From contig JBAQNJ010000001.1 in NCBI GenBank assembly GCA_049303675.1, positions 664,711-728,710 on the forward strand: 64,000 nt of DNA. Direction: 5' to 3'. Of this stretch, positions 30,385 through 40,437 are shown piece after piece. Source of the stretch: Microgenomates group bacterium. Its GTDB lineage: Bacteria; Patescibacteriota; Microgenomatia; UBA12405. The notes below the pieces were generated by a model, which worked only from the letters and a program-made list of their open reading frames with translations, ran no database searches and had not been told where the DNA came from. Positions within the stretch are counted from its first letter, which is position 1, and the number at the start of each line of letters is the position of its first letter. Position numbers and translations under genes: made by a program.

Positions 30385-31975
30385 AATTCTCCTAGCTGCC
30401 ATCCTCATTTTTGCCATCATTATTCGGGGGTACAAAATCGATGTTTTACCCTCACTCAATCCCGACGAAGCTGCCCTCGGCTACAATGCCTACTCTCTCC
30501 TCCAAACCGGCAAAGACGAACATGGCACCCAGTGGCCGATTCACTTCAAATCATTTGGCGATTACAAACCAGGCGGTTATGTTTATCTGGCCCTGCCAGT
30601 TATCAAAGTTCTAGGTCTTACACCCCTTGCCGTTCGTCTCCCCAACCTTATCTTTTCAATACTAACAATATACATATTATATAAACTTGTTTTACTTTTA
30701 ACTTTCGACTTTCAACTGTCAACATTGACCGCCTTCGTTTTGGCGGTCAACCCCTGGCACATCCACTTTTCCCGAGGTGCGTGGGAATCTTCTACTGCCT
30801 TGTTTTTTATAATACTAGGTATCTATTTGTTCTATTCATACATCATAAATCGCAAATCATATATCTTTTTACTATCATGTTTGTCCTTTGTTGCTTCTTT
30901 GTATATCTATCATTCCGCTCGTCTCGTCACCCCACTCATAGTCCTATTTTTACTATTTTCCAATTTGAAATTTATCGTTAATAATTTGAAATTAATCCTC
31001 TTACCCACACTTATCGCTATCTTATTCACCATCCCCGTATTTATTTCCTTTATAAATAATGGTGGTACCGCTCGGCTAGGTGGCGTTGGCTTAACTGCCG
31101 ACAGAGGACCACTTTCCCGATCCGAAGAGCTACTCAACCAACATCCCCAGTTTAACTATTTTGATCGTATCGTTCACAACAAAAGAATCTTATATTTACT
31201 CTCTTGGGCTCAAAAATACACTTCCCACTATGATGCTAACTTTTTATTTATCAATGGTGATGATGTCCCTCGCAGTCGTTCACCAGAAATGGGCCAACTC
31301 TATCTACTTGAACTTCCACTATTTATCTTAGGCGTTATCTACCTCCTAAAGTTCTCTAGCTCCAACATTCTTCTCCCTCTCACTACAGCCCTTTTTCTCT
31401 TTTCACCCATCGCTTCATCACTTACCTTTCAGGCTCCCTCAGCCCTCCGTGCCCTACCTCTGGTTATCCCTTTTTCCATCACCATCGCTGCCGGACTACT
31501 ATACTTTGCCAAGATCACCCAAAGATATTTTCCTCACAATCTGTTTCTGATTACCATCACCTATATATTTTCCTTGTTCTATTTTGTTGATGCCTATTTT
31601 GTTCATGCTCCCCAACGCTATCCTTTTGCTTGGAACACCGGATTTTCTCAGGAGATGAAGTTTGTTGAATCCCAAAAATCAAAATATGAAAATATCTATT
31701 TTACTGATTCCTATGACCAGCCCTACATTTTATACTTATTTTATAATGCCTACCCACCGCTCAAAATTCAAACACAGATTAGTCTAACCTCTCCTGATAA
31801 ATACGGATTTTCTACTGTCAACACTATCGACAACATTCATTTTGGTAAAATAGACTGGGATACTATCCCTAGCCATAGCTTAGTTATCGCCGGCTACGAA
31901 AAAATACCCGCGGTCCCTCTTGCCTCGGTCGTCCAAGCTGGCGGCACCATTGGCTTTAGAATATATGAAAAATAA
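30347..31975 (+). CDS. ArnT/PMT_2-like GT-C membrane glycosyltransferase
   Basis: NPDEAALGYNAYSLLQTGKDEHG, FKSFGDYKPGG, VRLPNLIFSI, VNPWHIHFSRGAWE. Confidence 0.55.
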   Translation: MVIPLFMPTKLTKILLAAILIFAIIIRGYKIDVLPSLNPDEAALGYNAYSLLQTGKDEHGTQWPIHFKSFGDYKPGGYVYLALPVIKVLGLTPLAVRLPNLIFSILTIYILYKLVLLLTFDFQLSTLTAFVLAVNPWHIHFSRGAWESSTALFFIILGIYLFYSYIINRKSYIFLLSCLSFVASLYIYHSARLVTPLIVLFLLFSNLKFIVNNLKLILLPTLIAILFTIPVFISFINNGGTARLGGVGLTADRGPLSRSEELLNQHPQFNYFDRIVHNKRILYLLSWAQKYTSHYDANFLFINGDDVPRSRSPEMGQLYLLELPLFILGVIYLLKFSSSNILLPLTTALFLFSPIASSLTFQAPSALRALPLVIPFSITIAAGLLYFAKITQRYFPHNLFLITITYIFSLFYFVDAYFVHAPQRYPFAWNTGFSQEMKFVESQKSKYENIYFTDSYDQPYILYLFYNAYPPLKIQTQISLTSPDKYGFSTVNTIDNIHFGKIDWDTIPSHSLVIAGYEKIPAVPLASVVQAGGTIGFRIYEK

Positions 31976-32876
31976 GCAAAAACTATCTATCGTAATAGCC
32001 ACTTACAACGAGGCTGACAACATTAAACGCTGCCTCGATAGCATCAATGATATTGCCGACGAAATTATTATTGTTGATGGTGAGTCCAGAGATACTACTG
32101 TAGAAATTGCCAAAAAATACTCAAAAGTCACCATAATTACCACTACCAATAAGCCAAATTTTCATATTAATAAGCAAATTGGAATTGAGGCTTGTAAAAA
32201 CGAATGGATTTTTTTGCTTGATGCAGATGAAGAAGTTAGTCCACAATTAGCCAAAGAAATCACCAATTTACTCAGTCAAACATCTTCACAAATTACCCTA
32301 TCTCAAAGTAAAATAAAAAACAAACTACTATTACGTCATCAAAAAATAGTCGAATTAAGAGATGGAAACTACGACAAAAAAGACTCAGAATATACCGCTT
32401 TTTTTGTGCCTCGCCTGAATTATTTTTTAGGTAAATTTATTCGCTATGGTGGTGTCTATCCCGATGGTCAAGTTAGACTCTTTCAAAAAAGTTGTTCCCG
32501 ACAGCCAGCCAAGGATGTTCACGAACAAATTAGTACCGATGGTCGTGTCGGCTGGCTACAGTCAGATCTTTACCACTATGCTGATCCAACATTTTCTCGC
32601 TATCTATTGAGAAATAATCGATATACCTCAAACATTGCCACCGAACTTCAATCAAAAAATATCAAATTTAACTTCTCCAACTTTATTTTATATTTTTTTA
32701 TAAAACCTATTTACTGGTTCTTATTAACATATTTTAGACACAAAGGACTTTTAGACGGCTTTGCTGGGTTTGTATTTTCTTTTTACTCCTCACTACGCTT
32801 TCCCATTGCCTATATAAAGTATTATGAATTAGCAAAAACAAACGAAACCATTTCCTTAAAAAAAGATTGGGATTAA
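31965..32876 (+). CDS. Glycosyltransferase family 2 with C-terminal membrane helices
   Basis: ATG 31965. LSIVIATYNEADNIKRCL...IIIVDGESRDTT...LLDADEEV. Hydrophobic C-terminus. Confidence 0.65.
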   Translation: MKNKQKLSIVIATYNEADNIKRCLDSINDIADEIIIVDGESRDTTVEIAKKYSKVTIITTTNKPNFHINKQIGIEACKNEWIFLLDADEEVSPQLAKEITNLLSQTSSQITLSQSKIKNKLLLRHQKIVELRDGNYDKKDSEYTAFFVPRLNYFLGKFIRYGGVYPDGQVRLFQKSCSRQPAKDVHEQISTDGRVGWLQSDLYHYADPTFSRYLLRNNRYTSNIATELQSKNIKFNFSNFILYFFIKPIYWFLLTYFRHKGLLDGFAGFVFSFYSSLRFPIAYIKYYELAKTNETISLKKDWD

Positions 32877-32877
32877 T

Positions 32878-33945
32878 ATGCCAAAAAAATATAATATAGC
32901 CATTGATGTTTCTCCACTTTCCGATGGCAACTCCACTCGTGGCGTCGGTTATTACACCAAAAATCTAGTAGCCGCACTCCATTCCGAGGTCAAAACCAAT
33001 CCACTTTACAAAAACTTTAGTATCCATTTAATTCAAAATTCTAAATTTGAAATTAAAAATTTTGATCTGGTTCATTATCCCTACTTCGATCCCTTTTTCC
33101 TCACCCTACCACCCAAAAAAAATATTCCTCAAATAATTACCATTCATGATCTTATCCCTCTAGAGTTTCCCCAACATTTTCCTGTCGGTATCCGCGGCTA
33201 TATAAAATGGCTAATTCAAAAATATCGTGCCAAAATGTCCGATTATATAATTACCGTCTCCCACCATTCCAAATATGCTATTTCTGATATTCTCCGATAT
33301 CCTGTAGACCAAATATATGTTACCTATGAAGGAGCTAACTCTAGTTTCCAGCCAATATCCGACAAAAATCAACTTTCTCTTATAAAGAAAAAATATTCTC
33401 TCCCTGACAAATTTATCTTGTATGTCGGCGACATAAATTGGAACAAAAATATCCGAACCTTAGTCAACGCCTGTCAAAAACTGAATTACCACCTAATTAT
33501 TGTTGGTTCTTCTGCCACCAAAAAAGTCACCCATCATCCCTGGACCCAAGATATCCTCTGGCTTCAGGGACAAAACTCACCCTATATCCATTGTTTAGGT
33601 TTTATCTCTGATCTGGAACTGCCCTATATCTACAATCTAGCTACCATTTATTGTCAACCATCGTTTGCTGAAGGTTTTGGATTACCACTAATTGAAGCGA
33701 TGCAATCCGGTACTCCCATTGTTTATAGTCGATCCACCAGTTTGCCAGAACTAGCAGGCGACTGCGGCCTCAGCTTTGACCCACTTGATCAAATCTCCTT
33801 AGAAAAATCCCTCACCAGACTTTGGAATAACCCCACTTTGCGTCAGCAGCAAACTAAAAAAGGACTCCATCAATCCCTTCAATTTAAGTGGCAGTATACC
33901 GCCATTCAAACTTTAGCTCTTTATGATTTAGCTCTTACCTCATGA
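32878..33945 (+). CDS. Glycosyltransferase family 4
   Basis: EGFGLPLIEAMQSGTPIV E-x7-E motif. 355 aa. Confidence 0.7.
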   Translation: MPKKYNIAIDVSPLSDGNSTRGVGYYTKNLVAALHSEVKTNPLYKNFSIHLIQNSKFEIKNFDLVHYPYFDPFFLTLPPKKNIPQIITIHDLIPLEFPQHFPVGIRGYIKWLIQKYRAKMSDYIITVSHHSKYAISDILRYPVDQIYVTYEGANSSFQPISDKNQLSLIKKKYSLPDKFILYVGDINWNKNIRTLVNACQKLNYHLIIVGSSATKKVTHHPWTQDILWLQGQNSPYIHCLGFISDLELPYIYNLATIYCQPSFAEGFGLPLIEAMQSGTPIVYSRSTSLPELAGDCGLSFDPLDQISLEKSLTRLWNNPTLRQQQTKKGLHQSLQFKWQYTAIQTLALYDLALTS

Positions 33946-34754
33946 AAAGTCAACTTCATTTTCTCTCGGTAATTGTCCCAGTTTACAAACAAGAAAAAAC
34001 CATCAAAAAAGATCTTCATAAAATTCAACAAACCCTTGAACAAATCCGCTATCCTTATGAACTAATTGTCGTTATCGACGGAAAAAGTGAAGATAACTCA
34101 TATAAAGTTGCCCAAAAAAGTGCCAACCAGAATCTAAAAGTAATAGGCTACCAACAAAATCACGGCAAGGGCTACGCTATTCGCTATGGTATGGCCCATA
34201 CCCGCGGCGACTATGTCGCCTTTATTGATTCAGGCATGGAGATTGACCCCAATGGTATTTCCATTCTTCTCGAGCATATGGAATGGTATCAGGCGGATAT
34301 AGTTGTTGGCTCCAAATTTCACCCCGCCTCGTTAATCAAATACCCCCTCCATCGTCGGATTATTAGCCTAGGTGCCCATCTCACTTCGGTAGTGCTTTTT
34401 CAATTAAACATACACGACACTCAGGCAGGAATCAAAATATTTAAACAGTCAGTCCTCAACAAAATTCTTCCCCGATTATTAATCAAAACATTCGCCTTTG
34501 ATCTGGAGATGTTAGCAGTCGCCAAATATTTGGGTTTTACCCGTATTTACGAAGCTCCCATAAAACTCAATTATGATTTTAGTAGCACTCATTTAAATAG
34601 TTCTCTTCTCAAGACTATAATCATGTGTCTCAAAGACTCCCTCGCTGTTTTTTATAGGTTAAACATCTTGCACTATTACGACGACAAGAACCGCCGAAAA
34701 TGGATATTTGACAAGGATCTCCAAATGAGAATCAATACCGGTGAATATGAATAA
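33942..34754 (+). CDS. Polyprenol-phosphate sugar synthase-like GT2 (Dpm1/GtrB-like, soluble form)
   Basis: LSVIVPVYKQEK...VVIDGKSEDNS...FIDSGME...DTQAGIKIF (compare DTQCGFKLL in the 2945 gene). Confidence 0.55.
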   Translation: MKSQLHFLSVIVPVYKQEKTIKKDLHKIQQTLEQIRYPYELIVVIDGKSEDNSYKVAQKSANQNLKVIGYQQNHGKGYAIRYGMAHTRGDYVAFIDSGMEIDPNGISILLEHMEWYQADIVVGSKFHPASLIKYPLHRRIISLGAHLTSVVLFQLNIHDTQAGIKIFKQSVLNKILPRLLIKTFAFDLEMLAVAKYLGFTRIYEAPIKLNYDFSSTHLNSSLLKTIIMCLKDSLAVFYRLNILHYYDDKNRRKWIFDKDLQMRINTGEYE

Positions 34755-35712
34755 AACACCTTTTTTTTCTATTATTATCCCTGTCCGTGTCGAGACTGCC
34801 TATCTCGTCCAAACTTTACTTTACCTAAAAAAACAAACCTATAAATCATTTGAAGTCTTGGTGATTACCGACAAAATATCCCTTACTGCCAATCCTGCTC
34901 AAAAAAGAAATGTCGGTGCCAAAATGTCAAAGGGTAAATATCTGGCTTTTATTGACGACGACTCCTATCCCGATCCAAATTGGCTAAAAAATTTATTCAA
35001 ACAGATTAAACTTCACACCGATTATTCCGCCTTTTGTGGACCATGTCTGACACCGCCAGATGATGACATTTACCAACAAGCCTCTGGTCTAATTTGGTCA
35101 TCTTTTCTTGGTAGTGGGGGAGCTGGTGTCTATCGCAACCACATTTCTGCTGCTCGTCTTGTCGATGATTTTCCCTCAGTCAACTTAACCGTCAAAAAAT
35201 CTGATTTTAATCATGTAAAAGGTTTTGATACCCATCACTGGCCAGGCGAAGATACTATCTTATGTCTAAATTTAATAAATTTAGATAAAAAAATATATTA
35301 CCATCCCACCATCATTGTCTATCATCATCGCCGACCAGTCATTATCGCCCACCTCCAGCAAATCACCCGCTATGCTCTCCACCGCGGCCATTTTGCCCGT
35401 GTCTTCCCCAAAACTAGTTTTAAAATAGGTTACTTAATCCCCAGTATTTTTACCCTATATTGTTTATCATTGTTTATACTTCACTCTCCCTATTTCACTA
35501 TTCCTCTTTATATATATTTATTATTATTACTAATTACTTTTTTACAATTAAAAATTAAAAATTTAAAATTTAAAATTATCGCTTTAGCGATTGCGACCAT
35601 CCCTATTACCCATCTATATTATGGTGTATTATTTATCATCGGTTTTTTGTCACCAAAGTTAAAGTTTAGCCAACACAAAATTGACTCTAGTAACCAATAT
35701 CTAGGCGGTTGA
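34741..35712 (+). CDS. Glycosyltransferase family 2 with C-terminal multi-TM domain
   Basis: FSIIIPVRVET...FIDDDSYPD. About 4 C-terminal TM helices. Confidence 0.65.
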   Translation: MNMNKTPFFSIIIPVRVETAYLVQTLLYLKKQTYKSFEVLVITDKISLTANPAQKRNVGAKMSKGKYLAFIDDDSYPDPNWLKNLFKQIKLHTDYSAFCGPCLTPPDDDIYQQASGLIWSSFLGSGGAGVYRNHISAARLVDDFPSVNLTVKKSDFNHVKGFDTHHWPGEDTILCLNLINLDKKIYYHPTIIVYHHRRPVIIAHLQQITRYALHRGHFARVFPKTSFKIGYLIPSIFTLYCLSLFILHSPYFTIPLYIYLLLLLITFLQLKIKNLKFKIIALAIATIPITHLYYGVLFIIGFLSPKLKFSQHKIDSSNQYLGG

Positions 35713-35742
35713 TTTTATACTCCTACTTATATAGTATTAGTT

Positions 35743-37221
35743 ATGATTCAAAAATTCTCTATTTCCATTTCCTACCCTCCATTAGAAAACTCCAAGGGTA
35801 TTCCTTTTTTGGCTCAAAACCGACAATTTCAGTGGACCAATACTGGCAATGTAATTTTGCCAGTCATACCGGCTTATGGAGCCTCGGCCCTCAAAAATCT
35901 AGGTTATAAAGTCTATTGGGACGACGCCATTGCGAAGAAAATTCCTTATCAAAAATGGTTGTCTCGAATTATTAAGAGAAAACCTTCCTTAATTGCCATA
36001 GAATCCAAAACACCCACCATTAAAAGGCATTGGAAAATTATCAACGAACTAAAAACCAAGCTACCTCGCTCAATTATTGTTCTCATGGGCGATCATGTTA
36101 CTGCTTTGCCCGAGGAATCATTGCAAAATAGTCTCGTTGATTATGTTATCACTGGTGGTGACTACGATTTCATGTTACTAAATCTGGTCGACCATTTAGC
36201 CCACCAAGTCAAGTTAGAATCAGGATTTTGGTATCGAGAAAGAAAAGTTATCACAAATACAGGCAAATTTGCCCTCAAACATCATAATTTAGATACACTT
36301 CCACCCATCGATCGAGAACTAACTAATTGGAAAATATATGGTAACGATAACACCAATTTCAAATATCACCCTGGCGCTTATCTCATGACCGGCAGAGATT
36401 GTTGGTGGGGAAAATGTACTTTCTGTAGCTGGATCAGTATTTTTCCGGGTAACAACTTTCGTAATTTTTCCGTCAAGCATACGGTTGATGAAATTGAATA
36501 CATGGTCTCTCTCGGCATCAAAGAAATTTTTGATGATGCTGGCACACTTCCCATCGGTCCATGGCTTCGTGATTTTTGTCAGGAAATGATCAAGAGGGGA
36601 CTCAATCAAAAAGTAGTTATGGGCTGCAACATGCGCTTTGGTGCTCTAAATCAAGAACAATATGATCTCATGGGACAGGCCGGTTTTCGTTTTATCCTCT
36701 ATGGATTAGAATCTAGTAATCAAAATACTCTCGACAAGATTGTCAAAAATACTCAGGTAGAGGATTCCCGTAAAACTCTAATTATGGCCAAAAAAGCCGG
36801 ACTGGAGCCACATCTGACCATCATGATCGGTTACCCTTGGGAAACCAAGGCTGATGCTATAAATACCCTAAATGAGGCCAGAAGTCTATTTAAAGACGGT
36901 CTGGCTGATAGCATGCAGGCCACCATTGTCGTGCCCTACCCAGGCACCCCACTTTTCAAACAGTGTCAAGAAAATAACTGGCTCACTACCCTTGATTGGA
37001 ACGAATACGACATGCGCCATCCAGTCATGACTGGACCCATCCCCCCCCAAGAGCAGCTTCAATTGGTTCAAAGTTTATTTCATGGTATCCTCACTCCACA
37101 ATTTCTAATTAGAAAGATATTTTCCATCCGTAAGATGAGTGACCTCACTCATTTGTTCAACTATGCCATCAAATATCTCAAAAAACTCCGCGACTTCCCC
37201 CTCACTGCTCCAGCAAATTAG
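35743..37221 (+). CDS. B12-binding-domain radical SAM protein (class B-like), non-canonical cluster motif CWWGKCTFC (Cx4Cx2C)
   Basis: N-terminal Rossmann-like B12-binding-type segment. Cys codons at 36392-36394, 36407-36409 and 36416-36418. TATAGT at 35730-35735 is 7 nt before the ATG. Confidence 0.65.
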   Translation: MIQKFSISISYPPLENSKGIPFLAQNRQFQWTNTGNVILPVIPAYGASALKNLGYKVYWDDAIAKKIPYQKWLSRIIKRKPSLIAIESKTPTIKRHWKIINELKTKLPRSIIVLMGDHVTALPEESLQNSLVDYVITGGDYDFMLLNLVDHLAHQVKLESGFWYRERKVITNTGKFALKHHNLDTLPPIDRELTNWKIYGNDNTNFKYHPGAYLMTGRDCWWGKCTFCSWISIFPGNNFRNFSVKHTVDEIEYMVSLGIKEIFDDAGTLPIGPWLRDFCQEMIKRGLNQKVVMGCNMRFGALNQEQYDLMGQAGFRFILYGLESSNQNTLDKIVKNTQVEDSRKTLIMAKKAGLEPHLTIMIGYPWETKADAINTLNEARSLFKDGLADSMQATIVVPYPGTPLFKQCQENNWLTTLDWNEYDMRHPVMTGPIPPQEQLQLVQSLFHGILTPQFLIRKIFSIRKMSDLTHLFNYAIKYLKKLRDFPLTAPAN

Positions 37222-37933
37222 TACCAAATATAAAATTTATGGATTTTGGTGGACCATAAGATTGACCGCCCAATTCCTTTATCGAAAAATATTTTTTGAA
37301 TTATTGCGCCACTCCTACTCACAATATGGCGAGGATCTAATTATTGCCAGTATCCTAAATAAAAAAAATATATATTACGTCGACATTGGGGCTAATCACC
37401 CCCAAAAATTCAACAATACCTTTATGTTTTATCGTCATGGATCATCGGGTATAAATATCGAACCAAACAAATCACTCCTAAGTCAATATTTTTCCACTCG
37501 TCCCCGTGACCTCAATCTCAACCTCGCCATCTCAGACAAAAACACCTCACTGATTTTCTACAATATGTATCCTGATGTCAACTCTACTATATCCAAAACT
37601 CAATATCTTCACACCCAAAACCTGCATTCTCTTTTAATCAATAAACAAAAAATTAAAGTGAAAACTCTTCAGCATACCCTCCACAAATATCTACCCACCA
37701 ACCAACCCATTGATCTCCTCTGTATCGACACAGAAGGGCATGATTACCAAGTTTTGAAAAGTAATGATTGGTCAAAGTATTCGCCCACAGTCATCTGTAT
37801 TGAAACACAACTCCACGGACTCGAGCAGCAATATCTGTTAAAATTAGGCTATCTACTCTATGCCCAAACAAGCCTCAACAGCATCTACCTCAAAAAAGAT
37901 TCTTCTCTTTTTTCCCTCCCCACTCCCTTATGA
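37139..37933 (+). CDS. FkbM-family SAM-dependent methyltransferase
   Basis: YGEDLIIASIL...YVDIGAN...GINIEPN pattern of the FkbM (Methyltransf_21) family. Annotated start overlaps the upstream radical SAM gene by 83 nt. An in-frame TTG at 37262 would avoid the overlap. The 3' end overlaps the next radical SAM gene by 74 nt. Confidence 0.5.
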   Translation: MTSLICSTMPSNISKNSATSPSLLQQISTKYKIYGFWWTIRLTAQFLYRKIFFELLRHSYSQYGEDLIIASILNKKNIYYVDIGANHPQKFNNTFMFYRHGSSGINIEPNKSLLSQYFSTRPRDLNLNLAISDKNTSLIFYNMYPDVNSTISKTQYLHTQNLHSLLINKQKIKVKTLQHTLHKYLPTNQPIDLLCIDTEGHDYQVLKSNDWSKYSPTVICIETQLHGLEQQYLLKLGYLLYAQTSLNSIYLKKDSSLFSLPTPL

Positions 37934-39422
37934 ACGTAATTGGCATGGAGTCCCTCTCGCTCTGTTAGCCATCTCCAGAATCCTCGACCAAGAGGGTTAT
38001 GACATTAAAATTTATACTCGCTATCTTCAAAAAAACTATGAAAGAGAAATCTTAAAAAATGGTCAAAATGCCATTTGTTTAGGCATTAGTGCCATGACCG
38101 GATTCCAAATTTTTGATGGTCTAAAACTAGCTCGAAAATTTAAAAAAAAATATCCCCAAGTTCCCATAGTCTGGGGAGGCTGGCATCCCTCCATCTTGCC
38201 TCTACAAACGATTAAGGATCCCTGTGTCGATATTATTGTCAAAGGTCAGGGAGACATTACTTTTACCAAGCTTGTCCATGCTCTTCAAAACCAGCAGGAC
38301 TTACAAAAAATCAACGGCATAGTCTACAAAAAAGGCGAAAAAATTATGATCACTCCTGAGCGAGGACCGGTCGATTTATCACTTGTTCCCCATCTTCCCT
38401 ATCACTTAGTTGACGTCAAAAGTTGCACTATTCCTACCGAATATGGCCTTCGGACTGCTCCCTATATCAGTAGTTATGGCTGTCCCCATCGCTGTGCCTT
38501 TTGTGTCGAGGAAATTGTCAACAAACGTAGCTGGAAAGGTGTACCCGCACTCACTGTGGTCAATGAATGGGAAAATCTCTATCGTACCTATGGTGCCGAC
38601 TCAATAGCCGTCTATGACAGCAATTTTTTTGTAGACGAAAATCGAGTGAAATTAATATGCCAAGAAGTGATCAATAGAAAATTACCCATAAAGTGGGGCA
38701 ATGCCAATGGGCGTGCCGGCCAACTAAGTCGATACCGACCCGAGACATGGGAGCTAATGGAACAATCAGGTTGCACCATGATTTTAACTGGTGCCGAATC
38801 AGGGGATCAAAAATCCCTTGATTTCATTAGTAAAGATATGAATGTTGAAGAAATAGTCAAATTTACCCAACTTTGCCATCAACACCATATCAAAATCCTC
38901 TATTCATTTCTCGTCGGGCTTCCCTGGTCCAACCAACCCCAAGAAAATGATCAGTTCGTTGCCACCGAGTACCGTTCCACTCTCGGATTAATTGATAGAT
39001 TACTTAAAATCTGTAATCGTAACCGTTATACCTACTATGTTTTTTTACCTTACCCAGGAGCCTCACTTTACAATCGGGCTCTTAAATTGGGTCTACGCGC
39101 TCCTCAAAGTTTTAGTCAATGGACCAGTTATCTCATGTCACCTGAAAACGCCTTTGAAGAAACAGTTAGGCAGCAGTGGATAAGCCAAAAGGATGCCCGA
39201 ATGACCGCCATGCTTACTCAATATATATTTGGCATCATGGATCGCGACACTTATACCATGTTATACCCGAGACTTACCAATCTCTTTTCTCGAGTTCTCT
39301 TTACTATTGGCTATTACACTGCTTTAATTGTAGTCAGCCTCCGTTGGAAATATAAATACTTTGGTCTACCATTCGATTATTGGCTGTTTTCATTAGTTCA
39401 TCAATATGGCGGCATCATCTAA
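37860..39422 (+). CDS. B12-binding-domain radical SAM protein (class B-like)
   Basis: KKILLFFPSP...LALLAISRIL N-terminal B12-binding-like fold. Canonical SYGCPHRCAFC (CxxxCxxC). A9 tract at 38142-38150. Confidence 0.75.
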   Translation: MPKQASTASTSKKILLFFPSPLPYERNWHGVPLALLAISRILDQEGYDIKIYTRYLQKNYEREILKNGQNAICLGISAMTGFQIFDGLKLARKFKKKYPQVPIVWGGWHPSILPLQTIKDPCVDIIVKGQGDITFTKLVHALQNQQDLQKINGIVYKKGEKIMITPERGPVDLSLVPHLPYHLVDVKSCTIPTEYGLRTAPYISSYGCPHRCAFCVEEIVNKRSWKGVPALTVVNEWENLYRTYGADSIAVYDSNFFVDENRVKLICQEVINRKLPIKWGNANGRAGQLSRYRPETWELMEQSGCTMILTGAESGDQKSLDFISKDMNVEEIVKFTQLCHQHHIKILYSFLVGLPWSNQPQENDQFVATEYRSTLGLIDRLLKICNRNRYTYYVFLPYPGASLYNRALKLGLRAPQSFSQWTSYLMSPENAFEETVRQQWISQKDARMTAMLTQYIFGIMDRDTYTMLYPRLTNLFSRVLFTIGYYTALIVVSLRWKYKYFGLPFDYWLFSLVHQYGGII

Positions 39423-40437
39423 AATACCCTCAGTCTCATTTGTCATCCCGGTACTAAATTCAGGCGATGTTTTAGCCAATTGTCTATTTTCTATTAGAGC
39501 CCAAAAATACCCCCAAAATAAGATAAAAATAATTATCGTCGATGGTGGATCAACTGACGAAACAATTGATATTGCCCGAAGTTATCACTGTCACATTATA
39601 GAAAACTCACTCAAAACAGCTGAGGCCGGCAAGTCAATTGGCGTTGACTGTGTGTCTACTGACCTAGTTGCTTTAATTGATTCTGACAACATTCTCCCCT
39701 CGACTACGTGGCTCAAGATGATGGTCATTCCTTTGAGGCAGGACAGTCGTATTCTTGGAGCCGAGCCGTGGTCATTCACTTATCGATCTCTTGCCGGCTT
39801 TATCGAAAGATATAGTTCCCTTATTGGTGCCAACGATCCTTATACTCTTATAGCCGGCAACTACGACCGCCAAAATCTAATTACCAATAATTGGACTAGT
39901 CTAAATATACATATTTACAACCATCGATATTACCAATCTTTCGCCATAAAACGAGGACAGATAATTCCTACTATTGGAGCCAATGGTACTATCTACCGCT
40001 CCAATTTTCTCCAACAATATAAAACAGGTGACTATTTTTTTGATATCGACTATCTCTCGTTGGCTCTAAAATCAATTAAACAAGTCCACTTTGCCAAGGT
40101 AAAAATCGGTATTATCCATACCTACTGCGAATCTTCCCTGACCAAGTTTTATCAAAAACAGCTACGCCGTGTCAAAGACCTTTATATTTACAAAAATGAA
40201 CGCTATTACCCACTAGTCCACAACCATTTTAAACCATCATTTTTATTTACACTTTATGTGCTGACAATTTTTCCCATGATTTATCACAGCTTACTTGGCT
40301 ATTTTCGACAGCGGGATAAAGCGTGGTTTTTTCACCCTATCGCTTGTATTATTACCTTCTATGTATACAGCACCCAAACCATATTATATTTTCTGGGGCT
40401 GAACCAACCTCAGAGTCGTCATCAATGGCACCAATAA
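39406..40437 (+). CDS. Glycosyltransferase family 2 with C-terminal TM helices
   Basis: VSFVIPVLNSGD...IIIVDGGSTDET...LIDSDNI. Confidence 0.65.
   Translation: MAASSKIPSVSFVIPVLNSGDVLANCLFSIRAQKYPQNKIKIIIVDGGSTDETIDIARSYHCHIIENSLKTAEAGKSIGVDCVSTDLVALIDSDNILPSTTWLKMMVIPLRQDSRILGAEPWSFTYRSLAGFIERYSSLIGANDPYTLIAGNYDRQNLITNNWTSLNIHIYNHRYYQSFAIKRGQIIPTIGANGTIYRSNFLQQYKTGDYFFDIDYLSLALKSIKQVHFAKVKIGIIHTYCESSLTKFYQKQLRRVKDLYIYKNERYYPLVHNHFKPSFLFTLYVLTIFPMIYHSLLGYFRQRDKAWFFHPIACIITFYVYSTQTILYFLGLNQPQSRHQWHQ

Noticed and set aside
35548-35578. Periodic AT-rich stretch aaaaattaaaaatttaaaatttaaaatt that looks like a short tandem repeat
   Set aside because: It lies inside the 34741..35712 GT2 coding sequence, in frame (LKIKNLKFKII). 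The units are imperfect. This reflects Lys/Ile/Leu codon bias, not a repeat element.
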